This document shows positions 40,366-53,754 of a DNA stretch of 64,000 nucleotides, piece by piece. This stretch comes from Eledone cirrhosa (Eukaryota): contig OZ024750.1 in the NCBI GenBank assembly GCA_964016885.1, forward strand, positions 7,192,001-7,256,000. Reading direction: 5' to 3'. A program made the translations under genes and the position numbers. Position 1 is the first letter of the stretch. Each line of letters begins with the position of its first letter. The notes beneath the pieces are model-generated. The model searched no databases, was not told where the DNA came from, and saw nothing but the letters and a program-made list of their open reading frames with translations.

Positions 40366-43300
40366 TGTATGTATAGTATATTTGGCAATATACCGTATGT
40401 TTAATTAAAAACATTTAGAAGACCATTCGCTATCAGTTTTAAAGTAGTGACTATGTCACTTACTTATATTTTCGGCAAAAGCTGGGAGAATGGCTGACAG
40501 CTGTTTCTCGCTGCTTGGCATTTATCAAAGCCATGCACTCACCTGCCTTTGCCGAAAATTATAGAAGCTGGATTCTTATAGAATAATTGCTATAAACCCT
40601 TTCAATCTCCTCTTGGGTCCCAAATAATAGGCTGTGTATGGTAATTGGTAATTTTTCTAAGTTGTTTTCCTTGATTTAAAATAACAAAACAAACAAAATG
40701 AGTTGTTTAGTTTACATATTCAGACCCCAACCCATCCTATTTATTTTATAAGGTATGCAATTTCTTGTAATGTTCTTCTCTTCTAATGTACAATGTTTTT
40801 TTTTTAATGTAAAAAGAAAATTAATTATCACAGGAATGTTACCACTTAAAATAAAATTTCGCCAGAGATAGATTAGCTAAATTTGATAAGTAGGGGTTTA
40901 GAATAAAAGCATGGGTGGGGGAGGATGATTGTTCAAGACCCAAGAGTATGCCATTATAGAAATATAAGTGTATTATAAGGCTGATTATAATAAAGGTGAT
41001 CATAAGAGAGCTTCTTATAAAACATTTTTGTTGTTGTAGTTATTACATATCATAGGTTTTATGTGTAAGGTTAAAGACTGGCAAACTTCGCAGTTATATA
41101 ATGGAAAATGACAATTTGCCAATGTGAAATAGTACTGGTTAAATGCACTAAAAGTGTACTAGGTTTGGAATGTACTAAGAATGAAAATATAGGCCAATAC
41201 AAGAGAAAATACTTCCTTCACTCAGGTATAAAATTCAGACAATTCACCAGCTAAGAACAGGAAGTAAAAATGAGAAGATATATTTCCTCAACTGATAGAA
41301 TTTGATCCCAAAATAATTTTCATTTAGCTTCTAAAATATTTCTAAACAAGATTTGTAATTACTCTTAAAAAGATTTCCAAATATCTTAGAACAAACCAAA
41401 GCCAAGAATTTCAGAACTATTTTATAATATAATATAATGAAAATTATTGTGTACACTGCTCAGGTACACTACAATTCATCAAAGGTGCATGTATAGTACA
41501 TAGAATAATGTACAAATTTCAGGAAAGTGAACAGTGCATGAGTCATGATATACATACAGATGTACACATACACATGTGTATATGTGTATGGAAGGGGAAT
41601 ATCAGGTGTAGTGTAGGTGAATTTCAGGAAGCTTGGAAGTTTCAAAGGATGCAGTGTCCCGATAGCTAACAACCAATGCAGCAACTCTGAGCATGAAAGA
41701 ATGTTTCTGAAAGTCATGGGAGCTGTACTGTTTTCTGATTTTGAAACAGTAGCAGCAAATGCTGTAGGAGTGGCGTTATAGTGATGATAACGGTGATAAC
41801 ATATTTTAATGGAGGCCCTACCACAGGGGTCAAATGAAGTGAAACTGCAGCAACAATAACAATAACAACGACAGCAAACTGTGGGAGTGGAATCATAGGA
41901 GTGGTAATGATAATAACATAAAAGATCCTGATTATGGCTGGAATAATACATTTATTCATTTCAACATATGTCTCAACGGTATTCATGATCTGACATTTGA
42001 AATTCCTACTTCTAAAGATATTAAAATCTGACTAAATATTTGTTAGTATCACCCTTTTAGTCTTAGTTACTTTCACAGCAGAAATTAATTCTTCTGTATT
42101 CCATTTTTTTGTTGTTGTTTTTGTGTTTACATAATCCATTAGCTTTGTCAATAAATCTATTTTGAATTCCCAGAAGAGTTTTGGATCCAATTTAATTGTT
42201 CTTTCTAACAGTCTCCACTGTAACCACTAGCATCATCATAATAGAATGTAAGGGATTTTCATCTAGCTTGCTTGCTTTTACTCATAATGAATCTACATTC
42301 AGTATCGGTAGAGGGTCGGACGCCATGCTTTGACACATAGAGTTACGACCCTTGCCATTTCTGAGTTCAAATCCCGTCGAGGTTAACTTTGCCTTTCATT
42401 CTTACGGGGTCGATAAAATAAAGTACCAGTAATGTACTGGGTAATTGCTGGCCTTGTGCCAATAGTAGAAACAATTAATTACATATCATTGGGAGAAACT
42501 TATAATGAATAAATAGAACTATCTGAAGATATATTATATTAATTATGAAACAAAAATTAGAATAATTGTGGAACATGGAATTAGTCCACATTTAAATTAG
42601 CATATATGATTACCCCCAAGATTCTTGATAATTCCCAACAATATATAGCATATAAAATTAACCCATGAATCTGGGGTAATAACCAAAAGAATACGATTGT
42701 GAATATAAGCAGCCGAAATGGAGTTCCTCTGAAGCGTCTTTGGAGTAATGTTATTCGATAGAGTGTGTAGCTTGGAGATCAGAGAGTTATTCCAGGAAGA
42801 GCCACTATTTCTCTGTAATTGAGAGATCACAGCTCCGATACTATGGACATGTGGTTAGAATATCTCAGGAAAGAATTGTTGGACATATTTTACGGGAAAA
42901 AACCAACCGACAGGAAACCCAGGGGTAGATCCCGAGCAGGATGGTTGGATAACATCCATGAGCTTGGCTGATCTTGCTTGGGGATCGAGCCGGATCAGTT
43001 GGAGACAGTTGCTTCTGACAGGACCCGCTTGAAGGAGTGTTTAAGGACTCTGCCCATACGACCCTCTCAGGAATAAGTGGACAAAGAAGAAGAAGAAGCT
43101 GAAGCTTCAGTTGGTAACATACTTGGATGTCTTTAGAAAAACTGTAAGAAATCAACAGGAATAAGTGGGAGGAGGAGAAGGAGAAGAAGAAGAAAAAGAA
43201 GAAGAAGAAAAAGAAGAAATCCAGAAATCCAAGTAAATGTTGTAAATACTCTGCTGCTTCTGGAAAAGTCATTCCACTAAATGAACTGGACAGATACTCT

Positions 43301-46300
43301 GTGTACATTTCCATTGCAGTTCCTCTCATGTAGTCATTCTGCCATTGTGCCATGTCAGGAGACTGAAATAAGAGAAAGAAGAAATTTATTTGGTGGAAAT
43401 ACACAACTTATTTTGGTGTGTGTGTATGTGGGTATATGTGTGTGTATGTATGTGTGTGTGTGTGTATGTGGGTATATGTGTGTGTGTATGTATGTGTATG
43501 TGGGCATATGTGTGTATATGTATGTATGTGTGTGTGTGTGTATGTAGGTAGGTATGTGTGTGTGTGTGTATGTGTGTATGTATGTGTGTGTATATTTATA
43601 TGTGTGTGTGTGTGTGTGTGTGGAGGGGAGTAGGGCCTTTCTGAGAAATGTTGAAAAGTGGAACAACAAGACCATTTTATAAATTCATGGGGATTAAAGG
43701 GTTTCTTGTAAGGAATGGGGGTTGGGGCAGGAACAATTATTTATAGTCCCTTTTTGGGGGCAGAATTGTTAGTGTCAGACAAAATACCCCATGTCATTTG
43801 TTCAACAACAGCAGCATCATGGAAATATTTAGTCTAGAAACTCCTACAAACATTTGATAGAATCTTTAATTCTCCTTTGAAAAGATTATAAATAACTGTT
43901 TATAATTGATTTTAATTCCAAAAGTATGCTTAACACACACCCAAGTTCACAGATGAAAAGTTTGAATTCTCTCATGTAAATCAATTCACATTAAACATGT
44001 GGTTGAGTAAGTAGGTGCAGAGGTCAAACTCTGGGCTGTTATTAAGTCTAATACTTTAACTGGTCTGTGTTGTAATAACATTAAGATTATCTAAAACTTC
44101 TACCCTGAACACTTTACTGAGTGCAATCTTATCAGCTGAACTGAAGGGTTATGTTTCAGTTGTGCTGTGAGTCTGGTAAAGACAATTGTTCACCAAAATG
44201 CTTTATTTCCACCAACAGCCATTGTAAAAAATATAAATGTTGCAAACTTTTCTTTTTTCTTTCTTTGGAAAAACTCTTTGTAAAGAAATTGAAAATTACT
44301 CTATCAATTTTGTTGCCATAAACACAATCTTTAAACTCTTTTCTAGACATTTTCAAATATTATTTCTCTTTCCAATTAATAATAATTGCTTAGTAATAAA
44401 GATTTAAAAAAAAAAATTATTTTAATATCTTCCTAAGCCATTTTATTTTTGTAGGTAAATAATAAAATAAATTAATTACGTAAATACAAACATTTCTAAG
44501 TAACATTCTTTTTCTGTTTCTTTATCCACACACACGTACATGCAAACACACACACACATATCCCCCCCCCACCCCCCGAAAAACCCACACACACATACAA
44601 TGTGTTCAGTTTAGGGAGAAGAATTCTATTAATATATGTATGATTACATATTCACCAACTGAAAACTCTATTAAGTAACTCAGAATTTTTTTTTTAATGT
44701 TTTCCTTAATTATTCACACAAAACACTAACATTCTCATAAACATCTTTTTTTTCCTCCTACCATTACATTTCCCAGAACAATTTCTGTTCCAGTGATTTT
44801 CCCATCACTATTCATCAAATATTCTGCAATTCTAGACTACATGTTTTCAGTGCAAAGAAAAAAAACACCCCCAAAACAAGCAAACAAAATACAAAAGAAA
44901 CCAAGAAAGTAACCACCATTCCTTATATAAGTTGTGTATTTCAACCAAATAATAAAAAATAAAAAAAATAAAAAAATAGAAAAATAAAAACTAAAAACTA
45001 AAAATAAAAAATCTGGAATAGTTGGGAGAAAAGGTTTGTGTTCGGATAGGTTTTAAAACCATCTCTTTATCTAAATTTATGCCACACACCTTCAGTTTCA
45101 CCTGATTTCTTCACATTTGGAACTAACTAAGGTAAACAGCTTCCGACAGAAGCTTTACAGGAATTTAGTTTTTATGATAAAGTTTATTTTTATAACAAAT
45201 AGAAAAAATTTTTTTGGTAATTTAATAATAAAAAAAAATTACTTTCTGATAACCTTTAATTTCTTTTTCTTTTTTCAGGCAAAAAAAAAAAATGTTTATT
45301 TCTCTTGGAGGAAAGAAAGTGTATGAGGTGTTGGGTGGAAGTATAAGGTTAGTTGGGTGAGTTAACTGTATTAGATGTGATTACTAGTAACACATGGTTA
45401 GGGTATTAGGTTCCAAAACTATATAGTCCTGCAAATGAAAGACTCTAAATGTTATTTACTATGTAGTATGAACAATCTGTCAAAGATTTAGAATTGTGTA
45501 GAAATATCTTCCTTCAAGTCCATGGCATCACGTATCTAATTTCTTCCATTGGATTCTTTTCTTTCCGACATGAATGGGAGATCTCAATACTAGGTTTCTA
45601 TTATTTTAATCTTCGTGTTTTAAATTAATGTACCATATTTCCCGATGCCTAAGATACTTTGTCCTCGAGGACGCACCCTAATTTTGACAACCAAAAATAA
45701 AAAAAAAAAAAATAATAAACAACCTTCGGCCTCCAGGACACATGGTAGATTTTTGAGACTTATTTTAGGAAAAAAAGTAGCGTCTTTGACACCGGGAAAT
45801 ATTGTAAATGATGGAAGACACGAGGTTGAATTAAGTGCAAGAATTGCAAGAGTTGGTGCAGTAATGTGCCAGCTTCAGCATTCGGTAATCAGAAGAAGGG
45901 AGGTAGGTGTAAAAGCCAAACTCGCTATCTTCAATTCAGTATTTGTGCCAGCCCTTACCTATGGTCATAAATCTTGGGTGATGACTGAAAGACTAGGATT
46001 GTGAATACAAGTAGCCAAATTGGGTTCTTCTGAAGGGTCTTTCAAGTAACATTACTCGATAGAGTGCATAGCTTGATCATCAGAGAGTCATTCCAGGTCT
46101 GTGTATGTCAGGGTGTGTGTGTGTGTATGTCAGGGTGTGTGTGTGTGTATGTTTATGTTTGTGTGTGTGTACGTGTGCTTCTCTGTATGTGAGTATGTTT
46201 CTCTCTCTGTCTGTGTGTGTATGTGCTTCTCTGTATGTGTGTGTGTATGTGTTTCTCTGTGTGTGGGGTTGTATGAAACAGTAGAGTCCAAGGGAAAAGG

Positions 46301-49300
46301 CACCACAAATAAAGGGAAAACAAGAACAAATTCCAGGGATAATTAAAAGACAATTGAATCATGAAGACATCTACTTACTGGTTTGTAAGACCTCATTGTG
46401 AATAAATTAGCCATAAGTGTGGAGAAGCCAGGAGCTAAACAACTTTGAGCTATAAATCCAAGCTTTAATTCAGCAATACACACAGCATCATCACCACGTT
46501 TCCAGTCCCAACTGGGAATGTTCAACAGGTAAGCCTGGAAAAAATGGAAATAAATGAAAATAAGGTTTAGACAAAGACATTTAGCACAAAGTCAGTAATT
46601 TGAAGGGAAGGGGGAAAAGTCCATTAAACCGACCCCAGTACATTACTGGTAGTTTATTTTATTGACCCTATAAAAATGAAAGGCAAAGGTAGCCTTAGTG
46701 AGATTTGAATTCAGAACGTAAAGGGACGTAACTTTATGCTGCAAAGCATGTTGTCCAACACTCTACCGGCTACTGTCAATCCACTGCCTCAAATGGTTTC
46801 TGATTTAGTCACAAAGCCAACAATTTTTTTGGGAAGGGGAAAAGTCGATTAAATTAACCCCAGTGCATTACTGGTAATTTATTTTATCGACCATGTAAGG
46901 ATGAAAGACAAAGCTAACCTCGGCAGGATATGAAAATAATGTTTAGACATTCAGGGAAATACCCCCCCCCCCCCACACACACACATTATTTACATATAAC
47001 TCAGATAATAACCCTATGACACAAAGCGTGTTGTCCGATGCTCTACCAATTCTACTGCCAATCCACCAATCTATTGTAAACTGGCTTACCTTATTGTGAT
47101 ACTGCAACAGCTGGACAATAACTTTAATCTCTGAATGGTAATTCTTGATTGAGATTACTCTCATGATGTTAGCAGCATCTTCTTGGTCAGGATCATCACA
47201 GTATTTGTTTGCTAGCACCAAGCATGCATCTGCCTGCTGAATCTGAAAAAAAACAGCAACCATAAATATTTAAAAGATGTAAAAAATGTAAAAATATAAA
47301 GATGTAAAGATGTAATGTTTGTTAATAGAATATAAACATGATGATGACATTTTAATACTTCTCTCTCTCTCCCTCTCTCTCTTGTTTCTCCCCCTCTCTC
47401 TCTTGTTTCTTCCTTTCTCCCCTCCTTCTCTCTCCCTCCCTCTCTCTTTCTCTCCCACTCTTGATGAAAGGTACAGTACTAAACAGAATAAGAATTATGA
47501 TGACAACACTATTACTTCTCTCACCCTCTCTAACTCTCCAATTTGCTGCCTAACTTGTGACAAACTAAGTGAGCCTCTACATGGCTATGTGACCTGAGAG
47601 AAATAACAGCCAAATTTCCCTCAAATCACACACTTCTGTCATAAAAATATGGAAGGACACATTAGATAATGTAGTTTTAGATACATTACATCTGATAAAA
47701 GATAGATGGTAGGGTATGGTTGGAAAGCTTTTGGTGATAATGTGTTGGCTGAGGGCTGACCTGTCAGCTAAATAACAGAAATAACAGAAATAACAACCTT
47801 GTGATATTTTAAGTTAATGTCCAAGAGAGGTGGGCAAAAGAGACTGTGTAAGGTGAAATAAAGAATTAAAAATTAATATTATTAGGAAGCATACTTGGGT
47901 GGTCTGAGAGAGGGTAGAGATGAGAAACGGAATATAAATGAAAATCTTAGTGATTTCATGGTACATTTACAATGTAAGAGTTTACATTTGTAAGTAGATG
48001 ACATAAGAAAAGTATTTCACTACTTTGGAGGAAGATGGGGGAGGAGAAAACATGTTTGTTTTACTAATTATATATATGTGTGTGTGTGTATGTGTGCGTG
48101 TGTGTGTGTGTGTATGGGTGTGTGTGTGTAAGTATAGTGCAAACACATACACACACACATATACAAGAAGAATACTTGTGATGGAAATACAGAGTATAAA
48201 TGTATAGAAGAGGTTAATGTGTATATGTGTATGTGTATGAGAAGCTAATGTGTATATGTGTATGGGTTTGATAAAATAAAGTACCAGTAATGCACTGGGG
48301 TTAATTTAATCAACTTTCTCTTCTCCCCAAATTGCTGGCCTTGTGCCTAAAGTAGAATTACAATAGTAATATTAATATTATTACTATTACTAGGGCGGTG
48401 GATTGGCAGTATCGGTAGAGCGTCGGACACCATGCTTTGTGGCATAAAGTTACGGTCCTTTATGGTCTGAGTTCAAATCCCGCTGAAGTTAACTTTGCCT
48501 TTCATCCTTATGGGGTTGATAAAATACAGCACCAGTAATGTACTGGGGTCGATTTAATCAACTTTCCCTTCCTCCCAAATTACTGGCCTTGTGCCTATAC
48601 AAGAAATTATTATTATTACTATTACTATTACGGACTGAGTTCAAATTCCGCCGAGGTTAACTTTGCCTTTCATCCCTACGGGGTCGATTAAATAAAGTAC
48701 CAGTAATACACTAGGATAATTGCTGGCCTTGTGCCAAAAGTAGAAATAATTATTACTATTGTTATTATTACAATTACTATTATTACTATTGTTATTATTA
48801 TCTATATTTACGCAAGCTTTCTTACCGGGAATTACAGTAGACAAACAAGAACTAACACTAAATATGTAGAAAGAACAAGATTTACATTCCACAGAACTAA
48901 TCAAAATTGGATGATTGTTCTTTCTTCCATTAGCAACTATTTCAAGACACAGTGTATAAATACATATACATACACATACATATACATACATACATACATA
49001 CACACACATACATACATACAAATACAGACACACGCACACAGAAATACACACACATACATACACCTATACGCACATACACACACATTACACTCACACACAC
49101 ACAAATACACATACGCACACACAAAAATACACACACACATTACACTCACACAAATACACATACACAAGCTCAAAAATACACACACACACATATATACATA
49201 TACAAATACAGACACACACACACACATACATATATAACTTACATACTTTATTACAGCTCACGATAGAATCTATTTTTCTTTTATCTCAATAGTTTTCTAC

Positions 49301-52300
49301 TAATTATGAATAGTTTCCAGCTCCAAGCAACAGCTTACGGTATGTTGATGCTTGAAGGCTTCTCTAGATAACATCTTTTATAGGCAAACATCAAAGAAAG
49401 AGAGGAAAAGAGTGCCAATAAGTACCATAACTATTAAAATTATGAGTACTTTAACATAATAATTATTGTCAGATGAAAATAGATGATCAGTTTAAAGATT
49501 TGTTGAACACAAGAGATAAAATGAAACATATTTCATTAGTTTGTCTAGTCACCAAAGTAGGTAAGTATTGAGGAAGGAAGATCATATCTATTTTAGTTTG
49601 TACTTGAATAGAAATATTTTTCTCTTCATATAGTGATGTTGTATATATTGTTCTTGTCAGTTTTGACCAAAAATGTTTAAGTTTTGTTCAGTTCTGATTG
49701 AGTAGACATATCATCAAAGGTGTTCTAATTGTGACCATCATGTCTTTTTCTCACGGTATAGTGTACTTTGGGCTACATTATCCAATGTGTCTTTTCCGTT
49801 TTCTAAGATTGAGGTGCCATTGTTAGCTTGGAGTACTTAAAGTAAATATAGTTGATAGTGCTAGAAGATCTTCACATATCAGATTATTGTTAAAAATTGT
49901 TTTTACTACAAATTTGTCATAAATACTTATTTCATGGTATTATGCTAAACTGAAGTTAATCAAATTCAAACATAGAACCTTAAACTGTTAAACAATTTTT
50001 CAACTATATTATGTTGATTGCACAATATTACAGATCAGAGAGTCTACCTGGAGGTAGAGCCGCTACTCTGAATTGAGAGATCACAGCTCCGATACTGTGG
50101 GCATGTGGTAAGAATGTCACAGGAAAGAATTGCTGGAAAGATTTTACGGGCAAAACTAATCTGTAGGAGACCCAGGGGTAGACCCTAAACAAGATGGGTG
50201 GATAACATCCATGAGCTTGGCTGGTCTCACTTGGGGATCCAGCCGGATCAGTTGGAGATGGTTGCTTCTGACAGGACCTGCTGGGAGGAGTGTTTGAGGA
50301 CTCTGTCCCCACAACCCTCTCAGGAATAAGTGGGTGAAGAAGTACAATATTACATATTCCATATTTTCCTCTTAAATTATGTAAGTTGTTGGTTGGTACT
50401 AGTTGAATAATACTATATAGTCAGTTTTAAATGATGTTGTGTTGGTACTAGATAGATAGTACTGTATCAACCGATTGAATCAAACAACAAGATCACAGAC
50501 TTTTCCATTTCTGATACTATCTATCAGGGATGTCGAAGGAACTGAAAAGAGTTATAATATTGTAATACTAGAGGAATATACCAAGTTAGACATCATGTAG
50601 GGATCAAATAAGAATTGTAATATTGTAATATTAGAAATATACTATATTACCATTTTAATGTTAATATCAGAAACACTAAATTGTTAGGAGAGAAAAAACA
50701 ATGGAAAGAGAAGAAAAATAAAGGAGAGAAAGAAGAAATAAAGTTGATTGAAGGAATAAAATGAAAAAAAGGAAGCAAAAGAAAAAGAAAAAAAAACAAG
50801 AGAAAAAAAAGGAAAGACGAAAATAGAAAGAAGAGAAAACTAATTGCGTGGTCCTATCTGTGAGCAATAAGATATCCAATAGCTAGAACAAGCTTGGCTT
50901 AGTTATTTATTGAAACAAATTCTTTGTCAGAAGAAGAAAATGATGAAAGGTTTTGAAGGATTGCAGTTTTACACATTTCTTGTGTCAACCATGAACTGTA
51001 TATCTATGATACTCTATAGTTTACATCTAAACTCTCTGCTATGTTATTCCATGTAACACTATTTCATATATAAGGATAGAATTTCATGACTATTCCTGTT
51101 TCGAACAGATTACTACATATCTGTTTCAGTCAGAAGAAAACTTTGTTAAACTAGTATGCGAAAAAACAAAAAAACAAAAAAAAATAAAGAGAACAAAAAA
51201 AAAAAACAAAGCAACATCAACAAAAAATAAACAAAACAACCTTCAAAACAAAATAAACAACAAAAACAACAAACATCACAAGCAAATGAGGGGGCACCTA
51301 TATGGTCATTTATCTCCAAGAAATAGCAGTCAAATCTTCCAACATATTTTTATATAAGAACCTTACATTAAGTTACTATCTTAGTAATGAAATAGTTAAT
51401 AATTTTAGTAAATCTCTCGAAATTCTTCATTAATTAATTGAAATAGGTTGTATATCATTAGAAATATGGCCAAAACCAGTTCTGGCTCTATGAAATAAAA
51501 CCACCCATTTTAAAGGTTTCCAATTTAAATTAATAGCTTCCAACATAATTGTATATAAAAACCTTACATTAAGTTACTATCTTAGTAATGAAATAATTAA
51601 TAACTTTAGTAAATCCCTCAAAATTATTCACTAATTAGATAAAATAGAGTGTATTTCATTAGAAATGTGGTCAATGCAGTCCTGACAGGGTTAATGAGAG
51701 TGACACTGCAGTAACTCTTATGACAGTATCAGGGTTCCAGTCATGCACTATTCCCACCAGGCTTTAATCTTAGATTACCAACACAAAATCTAAACAAATT
51801 CTTTTATCAAGCAATTAAAATTCTTTTGAACAAACTACAGTCAATTTTACCTAGACAACTTCCTCTTTTTTAAATTCTGAAATATTTTACATAACAAAAT
51901 ACATTTAGATCATACACATCTACACTATTAATATCTCTTTTATATTTACTTGGCTATCTACAAAACAGAATAGCATAATATTTATTTCAGAAAACGACGT
52001 TCAAATATTCTTAAGCATAATATTCTATACACTGTATTTGTTATTCAGTTAAAACATGATTTGTCAACCAATAAGCTCATAAGATAAATATTTACACAAA
52101 TGACTTTCAATTGATATCAAAATCTCAATAGGGATAAAAAAGAGAAATTGTGCTCAAATAAATTCTTATCATTATTTCTTAATTTACTTTGTTGATAGAG
52201 ATTTTTCAGAAAAAAAAAATTCTAAGAACAAAAGATAAATAAATATATATATGTATGTAAATAAAAAATTCAATTTCAAATCAATAAAGCAAACATTTCC

Positions 52301-53704
52301 AAGAACCTGTAACACACATCACTTTTCATATATATATATATTTTTAAATTTCAAATATTCTCCAAGACAAATATTGGTAGTTAGTAAAGGTTAAGGAATT
52401 ATATTGACCATTCATATCATTAGAGAATAGCAAATATTTCTTTCTTTTCTTTATTTTGTTTTTCTTTAAACAGAAAATACAAAACCAAACTACAATGCCA
52501 TCCATTAACACTAATGTGATGGGATGTCTTTATCTGAAATTACTGTTGTGAAGCAATGAGGCAATTAATAAATTGACATTAGATTATTGTTTAGTCTATA
52601 ACTTCTTCTGCTAAACATTGTGTAAGTATTTAATATTGTAAAGTGTTTTCCCCGGGGGATTGTCTGGCTGCTCTCTCTTTGCACTGGTTGCCATCGAGAC
52701 ATCAGGTGTACTTGGACCCCTACTGCCGAGCTCCTCCGCAAGATCAGAACTTCAACGGCACATCTGAAAAAAGAGCCCTGCTAGGTGGGGTGGCTGTTGC
52801 ACCAGGCGGGTGTCGCTGGCCATTGTCCCTAGGATTGCTTTTGTGGTCTTGTCTGTGGGGTGTAGCCCCATTACCACAGTACCTTAGGCCCTTTGCCTTT
52901 CCTTTGGACAATATTGGTGGTGTAGAGAAGGGGTGACTGCTGGTCTCCCATAAACAACCTTGTCCAGACTTGAGCCTCAGAGGGGAACCTTCTAGATGAA
53001 AATCCCATGGTCATTCATTACTGAAAAAAGGGTGTGGGTGTGTGTGTGGAGGGTTGGGGTTGGTGGGGGCTGTTTACCCTTTAACTCATCAGGAGGCCTC
53101 AATAGTTCATCAGACAGATATTCTTAAAACCTTTTAAAAAAGAGGAATGCAAAGGTTCACAAAAATATTGAATCTAAACATGAAAGTTGGTCACACACAC
53201 AAACGATTGATATCACAACACAGCTCTGGAGTCTTATGTTATTTACCTTTACTCTTTCTAAATCATTGGCATCCATAACCGTGCCTTGGAAAAATTCTAC
53301 TTGTGTAAAATGCCTCTTAAGCAACCCTTCAAGTTCTAAATCAGGGAGTTGCCTGAAAAATAGAAATAAATGAAATTCAGGTTTGTATTACATAATTGTC
53401 TTGTAAAAAAAAAAATTAAATAAATGATGTACCAGACCCTCTTATACAGAACTGTTCTCTCAGTTCACTTATGTTGTGCTGTTCATCCATATTATACATC
53501 CACCAGAGTATGCTTGCTTATATATATATCATCATCATCTCTCTCTCTTTTTATGCCTTTATATTCCTTTATTAGATAACTTTTATACAATTAACACCTG
53601 ATGATGTCACCAGGATCCTATGGAACCTGGTCATTGAAATGTGCATAGTGTTTGTAATAAATCTTTGAAGGAATTTCACCAGTCCAGCCTCCTGTCATTT
53701 TACT

Positions 53705-53754
<50 letters not shown>

